This document shows positions 28,110-39,100 of a stretch of DNA of 64,000 nucleotides, piece by piece (the stretch's first letter is position 1; each line of letters opens with the position of its first letter). Position numbers and translations under genes: made by a program. Below the pieces are notes generated by a model that saw nothing but the letters and a program-made list of their open reading frames with translations, searched no databases and was not told where the DNA came from. Source of the stretch: a virus; IMG/VR virus record IMGVR_UViG_3300025435_000010, positions 67,145 through 131,144 of that record. One strand, given 5' to 3'.

Positions 28110-29831
28110 ATGGCTACTAAAAAAGAGAAACAACAGTTTTATCTTGGTAATGAAAACTTACCGACACCTGATGCTTTATTTGATTATGAATCAAATCCGG
28201 AGTGGATTAAAGATATTGAAAAGTGTAAAAAGAATATTTTGTACTTTGCTGAGAATTTCTTTTTTATTACTAACCTCGATGAAGGCAAGATTAAGATCAA
28301 GTTACATCTATTCCAAAAGCGTATATTGAGAAGTATGAGAGACAATCGATTTGTCTGTCTACTTGCCTCTAGACAGATCGGTAAAACGACTCTTATGACA
28401 ATTTACGCTCTTTGGATTGTCTGCTTTCAAACCGATCAACGTATTCTCATTGTAGCTAACAAGGAAGCAACGGCTATCAATATTTTTAAGCGTGTTAGAA
28501 TGGCTTATGAGTTATTGCCAAATTATCTTAAGCCTGGTATTTTAGAGTATGGTAAAACCTCAATGGCTTTGGCCAATGGCTCAAGTATTGGTATTAGTAC
28601 TACAAGTAGTGATGCTGGTCGTGGTGACTCAGTAAACGTTGTTCTTTTAGATGAGTTAGCCTTTATTGATAACCATCTAGTAGAAGAATTCTGGGCATCT
28701 GTCTACCCAATTATATCATCTTCAAAGAAATCTAAGATATTTGTAGCTAGTACACCAAACGGAACAGGTAACCTATTCCATGAATTATATGAAGGTGCGT
28801 TAGAGAGTGACCCTGAAAAACATAATGGATGGAAGGCAGAGCGTGTAGATTGGTGGGAGGTACCAGGTAGAGATGAAAAATGGAAAGTCAAGACAATCCG
28901 GGAAATGGGTAGTAGAGAGAAGTTTGATCAGGAGTTTGGCAATACATTTTTACAGTCTGGTGAAAGCTCAATTAATGAGGCATTCTTTGATCAATTAAAA
29001 TCTGAATGTCAAGAACCAGCATTTATATTTGACGAAGGTAAGTATCTCCTTTGGAAAGAACCAGATAAAGAACATTTATACGTGGTTGGAGTCGATGTAG
29101 CTGAGGGAGTCGGTGAAGCAGCTTCTGTTATACAAGTTCTGGATATTACTAATTTACGTAGTATAGAACAAGTAGCAATTTACCATAATAATGAAATAAG
29201 CCCGTATAATTTCACTACAAAATTACATGAAATTTTACTACATTGGGGTAGTCCGCCCGCTTTAATTGAAAGAAATAACTGCGGAGCTCAAGTTGTAGAT
29301 CAATTAAAACATAATCTTGGATATGAAAATATCGTGTATTATAGTGCTAAGGCTGGCGATAAGGTCTTCAATAAACCTGGTGTCGTAGCTCATACAAACA
29401 CAAAATACAAAGGTGTTACCAATATGAGGTATTGGATGAATGAATTAAATGTGGTTAGAATTAAAGATATCAAAACTCTAATTGAATTAAAAAACTTTGT
29501 ACGCTATCCAAACGGTACATGGGCAGCTAAACCAGGCAATGATAATCAAGACGATAGAGTTATGAGTTTAATTTGGTCTTTAGTGATATTAGAAAATGAA
29601 GTAACAGAAAGATATTTTGAAATTGTTGAATTAGATGATAACAAGCGTCCTCTTAGACTGAAATCCTTAGACTACGGTATTAAATATTTTATTAACCCCA
29701 CGTCCATGTATAATAATGAAGCCAATAAAGAAGAAGGCATACCTATGCCTGTATTATTTGATCTTGGAGCAGCTCCAGATAAAACAGATATACAGGAAAT
29801 GGAAAACCAGGGTTGGTCTTTAATGGGATAA
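28110..29831 (+). CDS. gp17: Terminase large subunit (gp17-like)
   Basis: YLGNENL, ASRQIGKTT, LDELAF, STPNG, FDQEF, GVDVAEGVG, DDRVMS. Confidence 0.95.
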   Translation: MATKKEKQQFYLGNENLPTPDALFDYESNPEWIKDIEKCKKNILYFAENFFFITNLDEGKIKIKLHLFQKRILRSMRDNRFVCLLASRQIGKTTLMTIYALWIVCFQTDQRILIVANKEATAINIFKRVRMAYELLPNYLKPGILEYGKTSMALANGSSIGISTTSSDAGRGDSVNVVLLDELAFIDNHLVEEFWASVYPIISSSKKSKIFVASTPNGTGNLFHELYEGALESDPEKHNGWKAERVDWWEVPGRDEKWKVKTIREMGSREKFDQEFGNTFLQSGESSINEAFFDQLKSECQEPAFIFDEGKYLLWKEPDKEHLYVVGVDVAEGVGEAASVIQVLDITNLRSIEQVAIYHNNEISPYNFTTKLHEILLHWGSPPALIERNNCGAQVVDQLKHNLGYENIVYYSAKAGDKVFNKPGVVAHTNTKYKGVTNMRYWMNELNVVRIKDIKTLIELKNFVRYPNGTWAAKPGNDNQDDRVMSLIWSLVILENEVTERYFEIVELDDNKRPLRLKSLDYGIKYFINPTSMYNNEANKEEGIPMPVLFDLGAAPDKTDIQEMENQGWSLMG

Positions 29832-29839
29832 TATAGTAT

Positions 29840-30463
29840 ATGTCAAACGCAGCAAATTACACACAGAGTCCGTTCAATCTATCAAGGAAAGATAAATTCT
29901 TACTTGTTCTTGATGTACCACCTCCCTTAAAAAAGATTACATCAAAGTTCGTACGTGACAATGTTAATATTTTACCTGATACCATGCAGTTTTCTGTTGC
30001 TGGCACTGTAATACCCGAAATCTCAGTCCCTGCTATACAAAATCGTTATGCCGGTCAGACGCAAACCTCTTCCTCACATGCTCGTGACCCTTACCCGCCG
30101 GTTACAGTAGAGTTTATTGTCGATAATAGATTTAATAACTACTGGGTTATCTATACATGGCTTAATCTCTTGAATGATGACCAGCTAGATATATATGACA
30201 GTACAGATTTAACTGATCCTACCCAAACTATTGTCGATAATAAGGCAAGAGGCAAGTACAGTCAGTATAAAACAACGATATCTGTATACGGTCTTGATGA
30301 ATACAATAAGCGAGTAATTGAGTTCAAGTATATTGACGCTTTCCCGACAAGCTTAGGTAATATTAACTATAATTACAAGGATAGCGGTGAAATTGAAACA
30401 ACGATGACGATAAGCTACTCACAGCTCATCGTAACACCTATTTATGAAATAGAAAATCTTTAA
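29840..30463 (+). CDS. Tail completion/tube terminator (gp3-like, tube fold)
   Basis: VIPEISVP, VTVEFIVD..FNNYWVIYTWL, FKYIDAFPTSLG. Confidence 0.65.
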   Translation: MSNAANYTQSPFNLSRKDKFLLVLDVPPPLKKITSKFVRDNVNILPDTMQFSVAGTVIPEISVPAIQNRYAGQTQTSSSHARDPYPPVTVEFIVDNRFNNYWVIYTWLNLLNDDQLDIYDSTDLTDPTQTIVDNKARGKYSQYKTTISVYGLDEYNKRVIEFKYIDAFPTSLGNINYNYKDSGEIETTMTISYSQLIVTPIYEIENL

Positions 30464-30491
30464 AAGATAAAAAAAATATTTCCAAACACCA

Positions 30492-30497
30492 TAAATA
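30492..30497 (+). promoter_or_regulatory. Late promoter core of the tail sheath gene
   Basis: TAAATA 6 nt before ATG 30504; the same element precedes most structural genes. Confidence 0.7.
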
Positions 30498-30503
30498 CTT
30501 TAT

Positions 30504-32852
30504 ATGGCACGTACAATTCAAAGTCCCGGAGTTCAAATTAGCGAAGTTGATCTTTCATTACAGGCGAGCTTAGTTTCGCCAACAAATATTTTAATCCCTG
30601 GGTTCGCACCCAAAGGCCCTACTTCTGAGCCTGTAACAGTAGGTACGCTTTCAGAATTTGAACAAATTTTCGGTGCACCAACCAACACTGCTGAACGTTA
30701 TTTTTATCAAACAACTAAGGCTGTCTTTCAGTCACCTGCAAATGTAACTGTATACCGTCTTCCTTACGGTACAGGAGCTGGAATAGGTTATTCGAGCCAG
30801 TATAGTGCCCTCGTTTACCCTGTTGTTTCTGTAGTTAATAACGGCTCAACTCAACTTTCCGGTAGTAATTTATCTTTCGCTGCTTCAGCTGCTGGTGTTA
30901 CGTACTTCTTCGGTCAACCAAGTCATATTTCCTTAACACAGACTGACTATTACGGTATTCTCCGTGGTAGCAGTTTTACATGGAGCTCAGCTGGCGGTGT
31001 AGCAAATTATTCATATAGTAATGGTTTATCTACCTTAAATTCAGCTGGTTTAATTATCCTTAATAAGGCTCAAACCTCTATTAATGGTAAGTTTGAAGGT
31101 ACATACATCGGTATTACTGATAATACCTGCTATAATTCATTCTCACAATATGATGACTTTAGTAGCGTTCTTTCAGTTAACCAGAGCAATGTCTCTTTCG
31201 GCGGTGTTGGCGGTAATTCATACATCACAGTACCGTCTCAGCGCTTAACCTTCCCTCTTTCAGCTAGCGCTGATGGTGCAAACGGCGGTGTCTCTGAAGC
31301 TATCGAAAAGATCCCAACATTTGATACCTCGACAAAAGCCTTTAACGACACTATCAATCTCGGTGTTTTCAAGCTTCGTCAATCAGTCTTCTCGCCTGAT
31401 ACAATTCAGCTTGACTACATTCTCCAGGAAGGTTATAACGCTTCTTTCGACTATTATCGTCAAATTAATAACCCTAACGGTGGACCTGCTGTTAGCTACT
31501 TCCTAGGAAATGTAGAAAACAATTCTTCAAATATTGTTGCTCTCGTTAACCCTTACATTTCAAATCAGTTCTCAAGCACTTGGCTTAACCTTAGCGGTAC
31601 ACCTAATAAGAGCATCCGTTTCTTAAGCAATATTCGCGCTACTTTTCCGCTTGCCTCTGACACAGATGGTGTAACTGGTACATTCGCTACACGTATGGGT
31701 GCAACATCAGCTCTATACGGTTATCTTGCCAGTACATATGGGTCAAATGACAGTCTTATCGCACTCGGTGATTACACAGTTGAGAATGTTAACTCCAAGC
31801 AAATTGGTAACGTACCAACAAAGGTTAGCACAATGTGTAATGCATTATATAATGCTGACCTTTATCCGCTCTCAATTGTAACAGAAGCCGGCCTTGGTAC
31901 AATTTACGCTAATACGTTTAATCCTAATACATCAGGTTATTTTGATGATTCAATTCCTTATACAAATACCGACTTTACAAATCTCACTGCTCAAGACGGT
32001 ACTGGCGGATCTGCACAATGCGCCGTTAACTATAAGGCTGTCGTGAATCAGTTCGTCGACTTTGCTGCTAATCAGCGTAAGGATCACATTTTCATCGCTG
32101 ATCCCCTCACCAATATTCTTGTACAGAACAACGTGAAGGTTCTTGACGATCCTAATAATAACTTCTCTACAAACGTTTATTGGCCGTTGTATAACTTGTT
32201 CGGCTTTATCAATAATAGCTATACTGCTGTATACGCAAATGCCGTTCAAGTCCCTGATACAGCTTCAAGCAGACAGGTCTGGGTACCGTTCTCTGGATTT
32301 GCTGCAGCTGCAATGGCCCGCACTGATTCTAATTATCAACCTTGGTTCGCACCTGCTGGCTTTACAAGAGGTATTGTAAATGGTGTCACTGACGTTGCGA
32401 TTTACCCAAATCAGAAACAACGCGATTTATTCTACAAGGCTAATCTTAACCCGGTTGCATTCTTCCCGAACGAAGGATATGTTATCTACGGACAGAAGAC
32501 AATGTCAAAGCTCCCGAGTGCTTTTGATAGAATTAACGTCCGTCGTTTATTCCTTACACTCGAAACACAGACAAACACAGTTGCTCGCAACTACGTCTTC
32601 GAGCCTAATACACTTTTCACAAGAACACAAGTTAAAAACGTATTAACACCAATCTTTGATAATGCAAAGAATTCATCTGGTATTTACGATTACTTATTAA
32701 TCTGCGACGAGCGTAACAATACACCTGCTGTTATTGATGACAATTCACTCGTGATTGACATTTACATTAAACCAGTACGTACAGCTGAGTTCGTTCTCGT
32801 TAACTTCTACGCTACCAGAACAAGTCAGAATTTCTCTGAAATCGTCTCGTAA
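30504..32852 (+). CDS. gp18: Contractile tail sheath protein
   Basis: SPGVQISEVDLS, PWFAPAGFTRG, YGQKT, SAFDRINVRRLF, FEPN, CDERNNT, IYIKPVRTAEF. Confidence 0.95.
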   Translation: MARTIQSPGVQISEVDLSLQASLVSPTNILIPGFAPKGPTSEPVTVGTLSEFEQIFGAPTNTAERYFYQTTKAVFQSPANVTVYRLPYGTGAGIGYSSQYSALVYPVVSVVNNGSTQLSGSNLSFAASAAGVTYFFGQPSHISLTQTDYYGILRGSSFTWSSAGGVANYSYSNGLSTLNSAGLIILNKAQTSINGKFEGTYIGITDNTCYNSFSQYDDFSSVLSVNQSNVSFGGVGGNSYITVPSQRLTFPLSASADGANGGVSEAIEKIPTFDTSTKAFNDTINLGVFKLRQSVFSPDTIQLDYILQEGYNASFDYYRQINNPNGGPAVSYFLGNVENNSSNIVALVNPYISNQFSSTWLNLSGTPNKSIRFLSNIRATFPLASDTDGVTGTFATRMGATSALYGYLASTYGSNDSLIALGDYTVENVNSKQIGNVPTKVSTMCNALYNADLYPLSIVTEAGLGTIYANTFNPNTSGYFDDSIPYTNTDFTNLTAQDGTGGSAQCAVNYKAVVNQFVDFAANQRKDHIFIADPLTNILVQNNVKVLDDPNNNFSTNVYWPLYNLFGFINNSYTAVYANAVQVPDTASSRQVWVPFSGFAAAAMARTDSNYQPWFAPAGFTRGIVNGVTDVAIYPNQKQRDLFYKANLNPVAFFPNEGYVIYGQKTMSKLPSAFDRINVRRLFLTLETQTNTVARNYVFEPNTLFTRTQVKNVLTPIFDNAKNSSGIYDYLLICDERNNTPAVIDDNSLVIDIYIKPVRTAEFVLVNFYATRTSQNFSEIVS

Positions 32853-32883
32853 TGGTTGATAAAAAGATTAAATAATTACACAT

Positions 32884-33450
32884 ATGGCCGATACAAACCA
32901 ACTTATTCAAAACTTCTACTCGACAGCCGCAAATCGCGACTTCGCTCGTGATTTTAGCTTCCGTGTTTTATCAATTACAACAGGCGGCGCTACAAACGCT
33001 GCCGGTCAGACGATCAGCTTCGGTGACAATGATCTTGTTTATGTCAAGACAGCAACACTACCTGAAAGAGCTATTACTAACGTACCAGTACCTTACATGG
33101 GTCTTAATTTTAACTTACCCGGTAATGCTACATATCCAGGTTCTGAAGCTTATAGCTTAACTTTCTACGCTGATGCTAAGTCACAGATCAGGCAGAAGTT
33201 TGAAGATTGGTCACGCTATACATTTGATGATGCTAACAGTACAGGTGATTATTTAACACCAAAGCCAACATCCGTTATTAATCTTATTCAGCTTGATAAT
33301 AAGATGAATCGCATTGCTGAATATAGCCTTATCGGTGTTTCGCCACGCAGTGTTGGAGCTCTTTCATACTCTATCGCTGCTGGTACAGGTCAGTCTATTG
33401 AGTTTACTGCTACATTAGCTTACCACTACTTTACAAGAACATCGCCCTAA
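32884..33450 (+). CDS. gp19: Tail tube protein
   Basis: Follows the sheath; ATLP..VPYMG..LPG, IRQKFEDW, EFTATLAYHYF. Confidence 0.85.
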   Translation: MADTNQLIQNFYSTAANRDFARDFSFRVLSITTGGATNAAGQTISFGDNDLVYVKTATLPERAITNVPVPYMGLNFNLPGNATYPGSEAYSLTFYADAKSQIRQKFEDWSRYTFDDANSTGDYLTPKPTSVINLIQLDNKMNRIAEYSLIGVSPRSVGALSYSIAAGTGQSIEFTATLAYHYFTRTSP

Positions 33451-33479
33451 AGAATTAGCTACTTAACCTAAATAATTAG

Positions 33480-34385
33480 GTGAGCTTAAACGATGCTTTT
33501 AGTAGTGCTTTAAATAGTTTCGGTCAAAATATAGCCGGGATAGGTACTGGATCTAATCCCCTTTTCGCACCACAAGTAACACAGCTCCTTGGATTAAACA
33601 TCCCTGCTGTACCAATTATTAGTGTTAGAGATTACTTTCTAACACAAATGGAGTCATGGTTTACTGCCGTACCCATGTCAACTCAATGGGTAATTCTTAT
33701 TGATGAATACCCACAAGGGTTAAATTCATCTCTATTACAAGGATTAGAAAGAACAGACGGTTCAAAGCAAGGGTTTGATATTGATAATGCAAAGAATATC
33801 CTGACTAATTTCGCATATAATAAAGTTATTGGTTGTTTATTCGCTAACAATATAACAGTACCCAATGAAGCCTATAATGTAGAGAGTGCATATATAGATA
33901 ATAATCGAGGATTTTTACCAGGTGTACTGGGAGGTGGTCGTAATCATGAAGCCCCGGTATTAGATATTGGCTTCATGGAGACTAATACCTCATTTATTGA
34001 TTTTGTAGTAAGGCCTTGGGTTATTCTTGGTGCGCATTTCGGCATGGTAGCACGACCTGGTGATAAAAACGGTAATAGAGATCCTAAGAATATGAAGTGT
34101 AATATGCATTTAATGCAATATACACGTACAAGAGCTGGTGTATCACAGGTACCACGTAAGATTTGGAATTTTTATAACTGTATGCCGTTTACAGTTAATG
34201 AAGAGTCATTAGAATATACAGAAGAGAAATTAATGATATATAACACCCGTTGGACGTATTCTAATTATACGATTACTAATAATCTATATTTACCTATCGG
34301 TGAAATTATTAATAACTTTGCAAAGAACGGTTTTCCGAAAATCGGCAACCCAAGCATATTTAAAGGCTTTAATTCACCTGTCTAA
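33480..34385 (+). CDS. Tail-tube-like baseplate protein (gp54-like)
   Basis: After gp19; F.ETN..F.DFV.RPW and F.NC.P tube-fold pattern. Confidence 0.5.
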   Translation: MSLNDAFSSALNSFGQNIAGIGTGSNPLFAPQVTQLLGLNIPAVPIISVRDYFLTQMESWFTAVPMSTQWVILIDEYPQGLNSSLLQGLERTDGSKQGFDIDNAKNILTNFAYNKVIGCLFANNITVPNEAYNVESAYIDNNRGFLPGVLGGGRNHEAPVLDIGFMETNTSFIDFVVRPWVILGAHFGMVARPGDKNGNRDPKNMKCNMHLMQYTRTRAGVSQVPRKIWNFYNCMPFTVNEESLEYTEEKLMIYNTRWTYSNYTITNNLYLPIGEIINNFAKNGFPKIGNPSIFKGFNSPV

Positions 34386-34419
34386 TTTGAGTATTTTTTA
34401 ATCTCACCTAAGTAAAATA

Positions 34420-35295
34420 GTGAGACAGTTTGTTTATACAGTAAAATTACCTAGACAGGGGCAAACAATCCTAATTAAGGAACTACAATTTGATAGATAT
34501 AAACATCTTGTAAAAAACATCTTAAACGACAATGATGCTGTTATAAATCATTCATTTAATATGCTTATAGCAGATTTATGTGAAGATATAGATACCACTG
34601 CATTTACATTCTTAGATAAATTAACTATTCTCTTAACGATAAGATCAGTTTGCATATCACCAATGTTAGAGTTAACAGTTAATTGCCCAGAAACTGGACA
34701 ACAGTTTAACACAAATATTAAAATATCTGATATTATTGAAAAGCTTCAAAATTTGAATTTACCAGATAATGTATATAAAACAATAAAACATTATAATGAT
34801 GGTAATTTGATAGTAGAATTAGGTATGCCTAATACACTTGACCTAAAAGAAGAAGATCTTGCTTTAATGGATACAATAATACAAAAAATTGTACTAAATG
34901 GTGAAGATGTAACTAATAGTAAGGGACAAATTATTGACCATTTACCTATTACAGTATTAAGAGATATTAGAGAATATGTTGATTATTTTAGTGACAATTT
35001 TTATAACCTAAATTTGCTATCTTTACAATCCCCCTTCGCTACAACAAATAATACTGTTACTGTTCCGTTAAATTTATTCTCAAGCTCAATAATTGATTTT
35101 TTGAAAATATGTTTTAAGCGTAGCTTACTTTCATTCTATGAGTTAGAGTATTTTCTTATTAATAAACTTAATATGGATTACGAACTCATTAGAGTATCGA
35201 CACCTGCTGAAGTTAATATCTATATAAACTTCTTTAAAGATGAAAAAGCCGAGGAAGAAAAGAGAGAACGTAAAAAGAACTTGAATCTCCCATAA
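34420..35295 (+). CDS. Baseplate hub assembly protein, gp26-like with gp51-like C-terminus
   Basis: YTVKLP, FLD...LLTIRSVC, CP; C-terminal FYELEYFLINKLNMDYELIRVSTPAEVNIYI. Confidence 0.6.
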   Translation: MRQFVYTVKLPRQGQTILIKELQFDRYKHLVKNILNDNDAVINHSFNMLIADLCEDIDTTAFTFLDKLTILLTIRSVCISPMLELTVNCPETGQQFNTNIKISDIIEKLQNLNLPDNVYKTIKHYNDGNLIVELGMPNTLDLKEEDLALMDTIIQKIVLNGEDVTNSKGQIIDHLPITVLRDIREYVDYFSDNFYNLNLLSLQSPFATTNNTVTVPLNLFSSSIIDFLKICFKRSLLSFYELEYFLINKLNMDYELIRVSTPAEVNIYINFFKDEKAEEEKRERKKNLNLP

Positions 35296-35313
35296 TGGTA
35301 GATACATATTATT

Positions 35314-36078
35314 ATGAGCACCAATGTAAGTGATATCCTTAAACAACTTGATACTTTAAATCAATCCACTGGGATTGATATCTTTATTCCATCTTTAAAC
35401 CGTACAGTGAAGTTTAAGAATCTTAATCTTAAGCAGCAAAAGGATATTTTAAAGTCATCTGTTGACGAGACTCTAACAAAGCTTACCTTTATTGTTAACT
35501 TTTATAGTATCATTCAAGAGAATATTCTTGATAAAACAATTGATGTCAATTCTCTCTATACGTTTGATCGTCCCTCTATCGCCCTAGCACTAAGGGCAAA
35601 TGGTTTGAGTAGTGAATATGTATCCGATGAAAACGTCATTGATCTTAACGATCTTGTGACTAAGATCCCTACGATCCCTGTATCTCTCGATGCATTATCG
35701 AAAACAGTAGAGCTTCAGAACTTGAGCGTTGATCTTGAAGTACCTCATTTGAACGTTGATCGCGACGTTAGCCTTACAGCCGTTAACAAGCTAAAGAACG
35801 TCCAGGAAAGAGATATCAAGACGTTAGTTGGTGAGCTCTTTATTCATGAGATTATTAAATTCGTCAAGAATGTAACCTTTAAGGGAGCTGAAGATGATCA
35901 GACAATTTCGTTTAACGGTCTTAAGATTGAAGATAAGATTGCCATTATCGAAAAATTCCCATCTAACCTCACTAGTAAGATTCTTGAGTTTATTAAAGAG
36001 TATAGGGATTTTGAAGTCAAATTCACTACAATTGGTGAATCTACTATTGAAATTGATGGTAGCTTCTTTAGTGTATAA
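35314..36078 (+). CDS. Second gp26-like baseplate hub assembly protein
   Basis: IPSL.RTVKF..L..KQQK.IL, L.TFD..IAL.LR, C-terminal IEIDGSFF. Confidence 0.6.
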   Translation: MSTNVSDILKQLDTLNQSTGIDIFIPSLNRTVKFKNLNLKQQKDILKSSVDETLTKLTFIVNFYSIIQENILDKTIDVNSLYTFDRPSIALALRANGLSSEYVSDENVIDLNDLVTKIPTIPVSLDALSKTVELQNLSVDLEVPHLNVDRDVSLTAVNKLKNVQERDIKTLVGELFIHEIIKFVKNVTFKGAEDDQTISFNGLKIEDKIAIIEKFPSNLTSKILEFIKEYRDFEVKFTTIGESTIEIDGSFFSV

Positions 36079-36121
36079 AGATCCTATAATCATCTAGGTT
36101 GTTTTATGATAAATAATCTAG

Positions 36122-39100
36122 ATGGATGGCATAACGCTCGAACAGTTTGAAAGTGTCTTCGGCAGACTTGAAAGAGGTTTGCTCGATAGCAATGAAGGGT
36201 TTCAGAAAAAATTTGAAACTCAAACTACTACGTTAAACAAACTTCAAAATTTTCTTGGACAAAAGGTAGATAAAATCACCGAGTACCAAAAAACTGTTAC
36301 TAGAAAAGTCGAGCTTTTAAACGAATATGCTAAGAAATTAGTAACTAATACAAAACCAGTTGGAAAGGCACAAGCTACAACACCGACACCTAAACCTGAC
36401 CCGACCAATAAAAAGGAAAAAGTAGATACTAAGGATGACAGTTTAGATAATATCAAACTCATTACATCGAGTACTGGCATTTCTTCTAGTCTTAAAATTT
36501 TACCTGTACGTGTAGTTGAAGACGAAAAAAAGAAAAAGGATATTAATGTCTTTTTTCCACCCGAGACAAAGGTTTGGATAGAGAACCTACTTGGTGATAC
36601 AATGAAGGATTTATTTGACGCTATAAAAGATAGCGAAAAAAATAAATCTAAAGATAATAAGAAGGATGAAAAGAAAGGGGATAAGAAAGATTGGCTCGAG
36701 AAACTTTTAGGCGGATCAATGATTGCTGGTGCAATTGGCAAGCTTCTTGGCGCTTTATTTTCACCGATCAAGCACTTATTATTAAAGCCAATTGAATTTA
36801 TTGCGAAAAAAGTACTTGGATTAATTCCAAAAGTTTTAGGAGAAATAGCAGGTAAGCTTATTATGCCTCTTGTACGCGGTGTATTTGCAGCTCTTGGACC
36901 AATTTTATTGGGTATAGGTGGAGTAGCAGCAGGTGTAATGACATTAATTAGCGGATTACAAGATTCAGGTCCTATGAAAGGGACTAAAAAATTACTCGGT
37001 AAAGGATTACTAGATATTGGTGCTAATATAATCAAAAAAGAATTCGGTAAGCTTAGTAAAATGGTCATGGTAACAGCTAAAGACTTATCTAAAGAAAGTA
37101 GAAAATTTGTATTTAAAGCCATGGGCGGTTTAAGAAGAGTTCTTAGATATATTAAAAATATACCAAGTAAGCTTTTTGGCGGTATTACTGACTTACTAAA
37201 AAATGTTTTTTCAGGCGGCGCTATTAAAGAGGTTGGTGAAGTTGCTGCCAAGGGAGCCGGTAAGGGCGGGTTTAAAGCTATACTCGGTAATATTGGTAAA
37301 TTTTTTAGTGAAAAAGTTTTAAAGCGTTTACCATTTATTGGTACTCTTATAGGTCTAGGATTTGCCTTCACACGATTAATGAAAGGAGATGTGGTAGGTG
37401 CCTTACTCGATGTAGCTTCAGCTCTCGCAGCATCAGTACCTGTTGTTGGTACAGCACTCTCTATTGCTATTGATGTATTCAGCGCTGTTAGGGATGTTAA
37501 AACCGGAGGATCTGAAAAAGCAGGCAAAGCAAATATGGGTTGGATCGAAGGTGCTAAAAAATGGATTAGTGAGCGTATAAAATATGTACCAATTATCGGA
37601 CCACTCATTGACATGGTTAAAGCCTTAGGCCAAGGTAAATATCTTGATGCCCTCGGCTATCTTGGTAAATCAATACCTCTCGTAGGTACTATTGTTGATT
37701 TATTTGAACATCCAAAAGAAGTTGCTAAAGCGACAAAGACAGGTATTAACTGGATTGGTAGTTTAACAAAATGGCTTTATAGTAAGATAAAATACGTACC
37801 AATTATAGGTCCATTAGTTGGAGCTGTTGAGGCAATGACCGAAGGTAATTGGAGAGATGCGTTTAAGCTATTAACCAAAGCAGCGCTTCCTGAATTAGGG
37901 GTAATAATGGATTTACTTGAAAATAAACAAGCTATTGGTAAAACAGTAAAGAGCACTATTGATGTTATAGGAGGTATTTCAACATGGCTCTTTGATAGAT
38001 TCAAATATGTACCTGTATTTGGACCATTAATGGGCATGGTCGAGTCTATTACAAAAGGAGAATGGTTGGATGCGTTAGGATATCTTGCTAAAGCTGCTAT
38101 TCCACCTCTAGGTATTCTTATTGATATACTCGACAACAAAGAAGCTATTGGTAATGCAATAACAAGTACAGTTGATGTAATTGGACAAATGTCATCTTGG
38201 CTTTATAGTAAAGCAAAAGAACTACCTGTTATTGGCGGTCTTATTAAAGCCGGTGAAGCAATAGGATCCGGTAAATGGGGCGATGTTCTCGGTTACCTTG
38301 GCGAAGCTATTGAACCACTACAATATATTGGCGGTTTAATTGCTAATACCGTTAAGCCTATAGCAATTGATGCTACAGGTGGTGTAACGGACTTCTTTAA
38401 AGATTTAAGTAATCAGCTTTTAAGAGCTGTACTTGATATGGTACCGGATATCAAGATCGGTACTTGGAGTTTAAAAAAATCTGTAGCGAGTATACTTGGC
38501 ATATCTGAGACAGGATCAACGAGTACACCACCGCCTATTAACTTACCGCCTCAGGCTGCTGCTACTGTGCAGATGCCACCTGCAGCTACAGCGCAAACAC
38601 CACCTATAACGAATAATACAGCTCAAGTAATTAATCAGCCTGTAGATACATTTACTAGAATGCAGGAAGATGCTAATAAGGATCTTGATACACCAGATGA
38701 TGTCAAGTATAAGAGGGAGTTAATGAAGATTAAAATAAAGCAAGCTCAACTTGACAAATATAAATCAAAGCATTCCGACGCTGATGAAGATATGCTTGAT
38801 AGAATTCAAGCACAAATTGATGCGAGAAAAGAAAATCTCAGTCGTTGGAGTAAAAATAAGCATTTAGATAACACTGATACAGGTGCAGATGTAGACACAG
38901 CTGATAATGACAATGATCAAACAACAAAATCTAATGTACAAGCAGTAGATAATAAACAGCTACCTAATATACAGCCCACTGAAGCACCAGCTACACCGAA
39001 GCAGACAGAGCAAGAAGATAATAGTGGTGATAATACAGATGAAATGTCCGATTCTCTTAAGGAGCATTCAAATTTATTAAAAGGTTTAATTGAGTATAAT

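Noticed and set aside
36244-37614. 456-aa antisense ORF inside the tape-measure-like gene
   Set aside because: Its composition mirrors the sense codons (Pro/Ser/Phe/Ile-rich), it has no motif or promoter, and is best explained as a shadow ORF.
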